Shown here in pieces: positions 57,812-64,000 of a stretch of DNA of 64,000 bases. Made by a program: the position numbers and the translations under genes. Each line of letters opens with the position of its first letter. The first letter of the stretch is position 1. The notes under the pieces were generated by a model. That model saw nothing but the letters and a program-made list of their open reading frames with translations. It was not told where the DNA came from and made no database searches. The DNA comes from Rhodospirillales bacterium (GTDB lineage Bacteria > Pseudomonadota > Alphaproteobacteria > Bin95): the NCBI GenBank assembly GCA_038143065.1, contig JAYQLI010000035.1:1888894-1952893 (forward strand). The letters run 5' to 3'.

Positions 57812-58407
57812 CTCTCTTTGGAGACTTCTTCGTCTTCAGCTGCAGGCTCTTCAAGGAGTTCATCCAGAGCAGGAGCATCTTCAGAATCCAAATCTTCATC
57901 GAATTCAAAGCCATCATCTCGGCTTAAGACGTTTTCACCGCGCGCTTGCGCCTCTGCTTCGTCCGCCGTACGAGCCACGTTAGCCGTAACAGTCACAACC
58001 ACCTCAGGGTGCAACCGAACGCGAACGCCATGCAAACCAAGTGTCTTAATAGGTCGCTCTAGCTCAACCTGTCGACGGTCTACAGAAGTGCCAGCCTCAA
58101 CCATAGCCTCTGATATATCGCGACTGGATACTGAACCGTATAGCTGGCCTGTATCGCCTGCTGACCGAATCAATACCACGGACATATCGTCCATCTTTCC
58201 TGCAACGGCTTCGGCTTCTTGCCTGCGCTCCAGGTTTTGGGCCTCTAATTGAGCCTTCTGTGTCTCAAAATAGGCAATGTTGTCTTTGGATGCCCGAAGT
58301 GCCTTTTTCTGTGGCAGAAGGAAATTCCTGGCATAGCCATTCTTTACCTTAACTACGTCACCCATTTGGCCGAGCTTCTCGACCCGTTCTAACAAAATAA
58401 TGTCCAT
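57808..58407 (-). CDS. rplI: 50S ribosomal protein L9
   Basis: [34 protein letters not shown]. Confidence 0.98.
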   Translation of the reverse strand: MDIILLERVEKLGQMGDVVKVKNGYARNFLLPQKKALRASKDNIAYFETQKAQLEAQNLERRQEAEAVAGKMDDMSVVLIRSAGDTGQLYGSVSSRDISEAMVEAGTSVDRRQVELERPIKTLGLHGVRVRLHPEVVVTVTANVARTADEAEAQARGENVLSRDDGFEFDEDLDSEDAPALDELLEEPAAEDEEVSKES

Positions 58408-58443
58408 TAGTTCTTGCTCCCGATGCCCGTCACGTGGTGCGGA

Positions 58444-58683
58444 TCAGCGGATTATGTATGGCAACAGCCCAATATGACGGGCCCGCTTGATTGCTTGTGC
58501 AAGCAAACGTTGCTTCTTCGCCGAAACAGCGGAAATGCGGCTTGGAACGATTTTACCACGTTCTGTCAAGAAACGCTGAAGCAAACGCACATCCCGAAAA
58601 TCAATTGCGGGAGCGTTCGGACCCGAGAATGGGCATGACTTTTTACGTCTAAAAAATGGCCGGCGGCCACCACCCATCGCCAT
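58444..58683 (-). CDS. rpsR: 30S ribosomal protein S18
   Basis: [40 protein letters not shown]. Confidence 0.98.
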   Translation of the reverse strand: MAMGGGRRPFFRRKKSCPFSGPNAPAIDFRDVRLLQRFLTERGKIVPSRISAVSAKKQRLLAQAIKRARHIGLLPYIIR

Positions 58684-59126
58684 CAGGAATTCTCCTCTTC
58701 ACTGGTGTCGACGGAATCTTCCTTAATCTGACCTCGCTCATCATCGCTGTCGCCGTCCATATTATCCTCTCGATCATCACGAGAGCGACGACGGTCGTCA
58801 CGATCACGACGCGACATCATCGGTGAAGGAGCTTCTGTCACTTCGTCTATCTTTACGGTCATGAACCTTATGACGTCTTCGGACAATCGCATCTGACGTT
58901 CTAGCTCATTCACCGCACCGGAATTAGCCTCAACGTCAAACATGACGTAGTGGCCTTTTCGATTCTTTTTAATTCGGTATGCAAGGGACTTCAGGCCCCA
59001 ATGCTCACGCTTGAGGACCTTGCCCCCATTCTCTTCGATAAGCGTGGCATAAGTGTCTGCCAAGCCTTCTACTTGAGCAGGAGACATGTCCTGCCTAACA
59101 ATGAATACGTTCTCGTAATAACCCAT
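58683..59126 (-). CDS. rpsF: 30S ribosomal protein S6
   Basis: ATG 59126 [44 protein letters not shown]. Confidence 0.98.
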   Translation of the reverse strand: MGYYENVFIVRQDMSPAQVEGLADTYATLIEENGGKVLKREHWGLKSLAYRIKKNRKGHYVMFDVEANSGAVNELERQMRLSEDVIRFMTVKIDEVTEAPSPMMSRRDRDDRRRSRDDREDNMDGDSDDERGQIKEDSVDTSEEENS

Positions 59127-59129
59127 AAC

Positions 59130-59192
59130 CGGTTCATACCCGCGTATGGTTGAAAAAACTGACACACGGCCACGCGAAAAAACGCGGGACCG
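59130..59192 (-). promoter_or_regulatory. Structured rpsF leader, candidate S6:S18 autoregulatory element
   Basis: mRNA CGGU-CCCGCGU...ACGCGGG-UAUGA-ACCG can pair immediately upstream of the start codon and includes a CCC run. Confidence 0.4.
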
Positions 59193-59430
59193 AACGGCCA
59201 GCGAAGAAGGCGCTGTTATACAGATGCCGCGGATCAAATCAACCCGCTTATTACATATATGTCATTTTTGAGCTACTCATCGCGACGATTTGCCGGTGAG
59301 ACCTTGGCCGACAAACCGCGAGCGGCTAAGTATTACGGTAACGAAAATTCCAAATGTTGACCATGTGATGCCATATTTTTGCGATAAGTCATCATACAGT
59401 GTTTAGTCATAAGAAACTTATTGGAGTCCC

Positions 59431-59955
59431 ATGCGTATAAACCGTCACATGCTTTCCGCCATACTTGCAGGTTTGGCTGGATTTATGATTTTAGCTGATA
59501 CAGCGAATGCCGCTAATCCAAAATCCTTAGGTCGCTTTCGAGATTGGGAGGCATACTCTGCAGAAGAAAGAGGCAGTAGAATTTGTTACGCATTAACAGC
59601 ACCAAAGAAATCTCAAGGCAATTACTCCAGGCGCGGTCCTGTTTTTTTGATGGTCACGCGCCGACCGGCTGACAACGTTTATGACGAGGTAAGCGCAATT
59701 ACCGGTTATACCTATCAAAAAAATAGCAACCCCACTCTATCGATTGGCTCTAATCGGTTTGTCGCAGACGCTGTAGGCGAGGTTGCCTGGCCCAAAATTC
59801 AAGATGGGCAAAAGCTCATCTCTAGAATGACGGCTGGCAAGACCCTAGAGCTCAAGGGAACGTCATCACGTGGCACATTAACCAAGGATACTTTCTCTCT
59901 CCGCGGATTTACCGCTGCTCTTAATGCTGTAGCTGACGCATGTCCGAAACGCTAA
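59431..59955 (+). CDS. IalB-family exported protein
   Basis: Signal peptide, F.DW.AY......CYA...P, R..V...VT.RP, GTSSRGT...D.FSL.GFTAA.....C; typical rlmN neighbour. Confidence 0.85.
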   Translation: MRINRHMLSAILAGLAGFMILADTANAANPKSLGRFRDWEAYSAEERGSRICYALTAPKKSQGNYSRRGPVFLMVTRRPADNVYDEVSAITGYTYQKNSNPTLSIGSNRFVADAVGEVAWPKIQDGQKLISRMTAGKTLELKGTSSRGTLTKDTFSLRGFTAALNAVADACPKR

Positions 59956-61031
59956 CCGATCTAGTCGGGCTAGATAGAAAGTCCCTCGCTAATTTGTTGG
60001 AACCGCATGGTCTAAAAGGGTACCGAATCGGGCAAATTTGGCAGCAAATATATCGTTTAGGCACCATAAATTTTGACTCGATGACAACAATTGCCAAATC
60101 TGCAAGGCAGGGTTTAGCGGAAAAATTTGTTGTTGGACGGCTCGAAATTGAAAGCTCTCAGACTTCGAAAGATGGCACCCGAAAATGGTTGTTTAGACTA
60201 CATGATGGTTCTCTTGTAGAGACGGTATTTATACCTGAAACCGATCGAGGCACGCTCTGTGTTTCCTCTCAGGTTGGCTGCACTTTGAATTGCCAGTTCT
60301 GTCACACTGGAACCCAGAGGTTAGTGCGAAACCTCTCCTCACAAGAAATACTTGCGCAAATTCTAACCGCTAAGGAAGAACTTGAAGACTGGCCAGCCCC
60401 TCGACCAGATAGAAAGCTAACAAATATCGTGCTCATGGGCATGGGCGAGCCACTCTATAATTTTGATAACGTAAAGCAAGCAATGCTAATCGCTTTAGAC
60501 CCTGAAGGACTTGGGTTTTCGAGGAGGCGGATCACACTCTCTACAGCCGGAGTGGTGCCAATGATTGTCCGCGCTGGCGAAGAAATAGGAGTAAATTTAG
60601 CCATCTCTTTGCACGCAACCAATGATGGCATTCGAGATAAAATAGTCCCAATTAATAAAAAATATCCCCTCACAGAGCTTTTAAATGCCTGCAGAGCCTA
60701 CCCCACATTGAATAATGCGCGTCGAATAACTTTTGAGTACGTGATGCTTAAGGACGTTAATGACAGAGATGAGCACGCTTACGCTCTAGCAGATATGCTG
60801 AAAGACATTCCCGCGAAGATAAATCTTATTCCTTTTAACCCATGGCCAGGCGCGGTTTTTGAACGATCGACAAAAGATCGCATCCATCGTTTTGCTGGGA
60901 TTTTGATGGACGCGGGCTACCCAAGCCCCGTTAGAACTCCGAGAGGTGAAGATATTCTGGCGGCCTGCGGGCAACTAAAATCCGCGACAGAAAAAGTTCG
61001 TCGTGCTCGCCCCGGGGTTTCTGCCGCTTAA
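59940..61031 (+). CDS. rlmN: 23S rRNA (A2503-C2) / tRNA methyltransferase (radical SAM)
   Basis: [49 protein letters not shown]. Confidence 0.98.
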   Translation: MSETLTDLVGLDRKSLANLLEPHGLKGYRIGQIWQQIYRLGTINFDSMTTIAKSARQGLAEKFVVGRLEIESSQTSKDGTRKWLFRLHDGSLVETVFIPETDRGTLCVSSQVGCTLNCQFCHTGTQRLVRNLSSQEILAQILTAKEELEDWPAPRPDRKLTNIVLMGMGEPLYNFDNVKQAMLIALDPEGLGFSRRRITLSTAGVVPMIVRAGEEIGVNLAISLHATNDGIRDKIVPINKKYPLTELLNACRAYPTLNNARRITFEYVMLKDVNDRDEHAYALADMLKDIPAKINLIPFNPWPGAVFERSTKDRIHRFAGILMDAGYPSPVRTPRGEDILAACGQLKSATEKVRRARPGVSAA

Positions 61032-61192
61032 CACAAGACAGCCACAAAGCCATTCGAACAAACTTAAGTAAAAAAAATTTGGTTTTCTTTGACTTCGGCG
61101 AAGCAACGAAATCAATAGATGCTGACTGTGCGTTGCAGTTCAAGATATCCGTAGTAGATTTTGATAATTAACTGCAACAAGAGCTGACTCAA

Positions 61193-62416
61193 ATGCCTTT
61201 CAATGTCGAATCTGCAATGCGCGTAAATCCACCTGCTCCCGCTCAATTTTGGAAGGGATTTCCAAGATACAATTTTGTAGGAGGGCACAATGACTCTGCC
61301 AGCATACCAGCTAATGAACTTGCAGCCTCAGTAACATCGATTCTTAGCCGTGAGGGAAGTGACCTCGCTACATATGGTCTCCAAAGTGGACCACAAGGCT
61401 ATACCCCGTTCCGAGAGGCTATTGCTTCAATGCTCAACAGACGAGCAGGCATGCGCGAGGACGCTAACTCCATATTGGTGACATCAGGCTCGTTACAAGC
61501 TCTTTCGTTAATCTTTGACTTATTCCTCGACTCTGGTGATGTAGTCCTACTCGAAAAAGCTTGTTACGGAGGCACCCTTTCGCGTCTGAGAACCCGATCA
61601 GTTGAATATGTTGGGGTTGAACTTGACCAGGAAGGCATGCGAGCGGACTCCCTCGACCAAGCCATCCGTCAGGTCAAAGCCAAGGGAAAGTGCCCCAAAA
61701 TGATCTACACGATCCCAACAGTTCAAAACCCAACAGGACGCGTGATGTCTGAGGAGCGTCGGCATCAAATCATAGCAGTTGCAAAAGAACATGATCTGCC
61801 CATTTTCGAGGACGATTGTTATGCCGATTTAATTTTCGCTGGGGGCCGCCCTCCAGCAATTCGTGCGCTGGATGATGATGGGCGCGTCGTCTATTGCGGA
61901 TCTTTTTCTAAATCAATCGGACCAGCTATACGCGTAGGCTTTATTGCTGCTGACTGGCCTATTCTTTCAAGGCTACTAGCTCTGAAAACTGATGGTGGAA
62001 CTGGAGCCATTGAACAGATGGCTCTCTCTGAATACCTGGGTGAAAAATTTGATGCCCATGTTGATAGTTTGAACAAAACTTTAAAAACCAAAGCTGATGC
62101 AATGGCTGATGCCATCGATGAATATTTTGGTGCTTCTGCTGAATTTGAGAGGCCCAAAAGTGGTATTTTTCTCTGGTTAAAACTCCCTGATGCGGTTGAT
62201 ACCTCTCGTCTCTACCAAGTGGCTAGCAGTGAAGGAGTGGCAATCAACCCTGGGGCGGACTGGTCCACGGAGGAAACCTACGGCAAAAAACGTCTCCGGC
62301 TTTGCTTTGCCAATCCATCAGTGGAGAATATCAGACAGGGCATTTCAAAACTTGCGGACATTTGCCACCGCGAGTTTGGGATTCCACACCACAGCTCTAA
62401 CACGCAACGTAAGTGA
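61193..62416 (+). CDS. PLP-dependent aminotransferase (2-aminoadipate transaminase / MocR-AT-like, no HTH)
   Basis: VTSGS.QAL, YTIPTVQNPTG, EDDCY.DL, GSFSKSIGP..RVG, RLCFA. Confidence 0.9.
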   Translation: MPFNVESAMRVNPPAPAQFWKGFPRYNFVGGHNDSASIPANELAASVTSILSREGSDLATYGLQSGPQGYTPFREAIASMLNRRAGMREDANSILVTSGSLQALSLIFDLFLDSGDVVLLEKACYGGTLSRLRTRSVEYVGVELDQEGMRADSLDQAIRQVKAKGKCPKMIYTIPTVQNPTGRVMSEERRHQIIAVAKEHDLPIFEDDCYADLIFAGGRPPAIRALDDDGRVVYCGSFSKSIGPAIRVGFIAADWPILSRLLALKTDGGTGAIEQMALSEYLGEKFDAHVDSLNKTLKTKADAMADAIDEYFGASAEFERPKSGIFLWLKLPDAVDTSRLYQVASSEGVAINPGADWSTEETYGKKRLRLCFANPSVENIRQGISKLADICHREFGIPHHSSNTQRK

Positions 62417-63915
62417 ACGTCATGCACCAGAAGCGATTTGACCTCATAGTAGCGGGTTCCGGGGCAGCTGGGCTTTCAGCAGCCGTTACAGCAGCCGAAG
62501 CCGGTGCTCGAGTAGCTCTCTTAGAACGGGCGCCCAAAGACGAGAGGGGAGGAAATACTCGGTATACCGAATCATTTTGGCGCTTGAAGTCCAAAGACGA
62601 AGTAGCTGATGATTTTTCCCAACGCCTTGCCGAAAACGCAGGAGGCTGGCTTGATCCCGAAGTAACGAAAGATTGGACAAGAGACAGAGACGACTGGCCA
62701 ACAATTTTGAAAGCGCATCCAGCCCTCGGCCCTGACTTAATCCAGACATGGGGAGAATATGCAGGCCCAACACTGCGTTGGTTAGAAAGTCAGGGAGTTA
62801 AATTTGACTTCCTTCCAAATTATTTCATCACAGTATCTACAACTCGTATGTCACCAGTTGGTGGTGGCCGTGCAATCGTGGAAGCGCTTGCAACGCGTGC
62901 GGAAGAATTGAAAGACCGCATTTCTTATATGTATGAAACTGCAGCTGAACAGTTGATCCAGGATGAAAAGGGCCACATTCAGGGTCTTATTGCGAAGAAT
63001 TCAAGCGGAAAAATCAGCCTACAAGCGCCAAGTGTGATACTTGCAACCGGAGGCTTTCAAGGTAATGCAGAGATGATGGCGCGATACTGTGGACCTGCGG
63101 CCCAGTGGACCCGTCCAATAGCTCGAGGTGGATATTATAACCGCGGCGAAGGAGTAGCGATGGGGCTTCAGGCTGGCGCTGCGCCAGCGGGAGATTTTGG
63201 TAGCTTCCACGCTCAACCAGTTGATCCACGTTCAGGAGAAGCCGAGCCGGTGGTTTTGACATACGGCTACGGGGTCCTTTTAAACAGGGAAGGCAAGCGC
63301 TTCACCAATGAAGCACCCGCAACAGTAGATGCTACATACGAAGCCACATCTCGGGATATTTTGCAGCAAAGTCAAGGAGTTGCGTGGGCAATAGTCGATG
63401 GCCAAATAGATGATGTACCAAATTGGCGGAAGGCAGTGCGCTCAGATCAACCAGAAATAGTTGCGGATACATTAGACGAACTTCTAGCTCAAATTGACAT
63501 CAACGTGTTGGAGGCCAAACGCACTATCTCAGCTTTCAATAACGCATGCCCTGATCCAACGGGGTTCGACCCAATTAGAATAGACAACCTAGCTATCACC
63601 GAACTTTCGCCACCAAAAACCCATTGGTCCCGGCAGATTAAAAAACCACCCTTTCGGGCTTGGCCAGTGGTATGCGCCACTTGCTTCACCTTTGGAGGTC
63701 TAAAAATAGATTCATCAGCTCGGGTGGTTGATCATAATGGTAGCCCAATCCCAGGTCTTTATGCTGCTGGTGAAACCGCTGGGATGTATTATAGAACATA
63801 TACAGGTTCCACCTCTGTAATGAGAGGTTGCGTGTTCGGGAGAATCGCTGGAGCACACGCGGCCCGTTCAGCTAACCGGGGGTGGCATGACCAAGCGCAT
63901 AAAAGGTCTCAATGA
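62413..63915 (+). CDS. FAD-dependent oxidoreductase, tricarballylate dehydrogenase TcuA / fumarate-reductase-flavoprotein-like
   Basis: GSGAAG, LERAP...RGGNTRYT, ATGGF.GN, TFTFGGL-like CFTFGGL, PGLYAAGE, G.VFGRIAG. The true stop may be 63890 if G5 at 63878-63882 is G6. Confidence 0.88.
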   Translation: MNVMHQKRFDLIVAGSGAAGLSAAVTAAEAGARVALLERAPKDERGGNTRYTESFWRLKSKDEVADDFSQRLAENAGGWLDPEVTKDWTRDRDDWPTILKAHPALGPDLIQTWGEYAGPTLRWLESQGVKFDFLPNYFITVSTTRMSPVGGGRAIVEALATRAEELKDRISYMYETAAEQLIQDEKGHIQGLIAKNSSGKISLQAPSVILATGGFQGNAEMMARYCGPAAQWTRPIARGGYYNRGEGVAMGLQAGAAPAGDFGSFHAQPVDPRSGEAEPVVLTYGYGVLLNREGKRFTNEAPATVDATYEATSRDILQQSQGVAWAIVDGQIDDVPNWRKAVRSDQPEIVADTLDELLAQIDINVLEAKRTISAFNNACPDPTGFDPIRIDNLAITELSPPKTHWSRQIKKPPFRAWPVVCATCFTFGGLKIDSSARVVDHNGSPIPGLYAAGETAGMYYRTYTGSTSVMRGCVFGRIAGAHAARSANRGWHDQAHKRSQ

Positions 63916-64000
63916 GATAATAAATAACTACGACGCCCTTTTGGTAGATCTCTGGGGTTGCGTCCACAACGGCGTCCAAGCATACCCTCAAGCCATTGAT
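63887..64000 (+). CDS. HAD-IIA hydrolase (TIGR01459-like), 5' part only
   Basis: Not in the ORF track. MTKRIKGLNEIINNYDALLVDLWGCVHNGVQAYPQAID contains the DxWG..HNG motif I. Confidence 0.85.
   Translation, partial: MTKRIKGLNEIINNYDALLVDLWGCVHNGVQAYPQAID

Noticed and set aside
58683-58820. Repetitive Arg/Asp/Glu-rich tail of S6 (and the acidic tail of L9)
   Set aside because: Charged low-complexity tails are normal for alphaproteobacterial S6 and L9.
27303-59955. Two IalB ('invasion-associated') genes as virulence evidence
   Set aside because: The family is widespread in free-living alphaproteobacteria and the name does not imply pathogenicity.
12-63689. Numerous 60-165 aa ORFs overlapping assigned genes on the opposite strand or in other frames
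   Set aside because: They have no recognisable motifs and are mostly nested in well-supported genes. This is expected by chance at ~50% GC.
1-64000. Prophage, integrase, IS element, CRISPR array or defence system
   Set aside because: I found no recombinase, transposase, phage-structural or Cas motifs, no regularly spaced repeats and no duplicated tRNA 3' ends. Very short or degenerate elements could be missed by eye.

Overview
This is a gene-dense window of about 50% GC from an alphaproteobacterium. Gene order and protein families suggest a Rhodospirillales-like, probably marine, lineage (inference). Housekeeping blocks are MaoC-ribF-ileS-lspA-DUF3035-M16-M16-pgi-mutL, def-fmt-truA, rpsF-rpsR-rplI, rlmN, dusA and tadA. 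There are three tRNAs (Pro-TGG, Arg-CCT, Arg-TCT). Between them lie many catabolic enzymes: three Ldh_2/HcxB reductases, two F420-associated oxidoreductase families, MaoC dehydratases, family III CoA transferases, two amidases, GGT, a GMC oxidoreductase, soxBDAG, a TauD/TfdA dioxygenase and a TcuA-like flavoprotein. I saw no integrase, transposase, phage gene, CRISPR array or rRNA. At least ten genes, including ribF and fmt, are split by small indels, mostly in homopolymers, and two genes carry in-frame stops. This most likely reflects an unpolished assembly, so single-residue observations need read-level confirmation. The best leads are: (1) a cupin-rubredoxin fusion in a tRNA-bounded catabolic block that also encodes a Ddn-family F420 reductase and a TTC38-like protein; (2) an Asp/Glu-racemase-fold protein lacking both catalytic cysteines, clustered with a tandem EthD-like protein, an orphan carboxyltransferase and an LLM; (3) a MutL with a degenerate ATPase N-box; (4) a soxBDAG operon extended by an AMACR-like CoA transferase and a cupin. 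All family assignments come from motif recognition by eye, not database searches.
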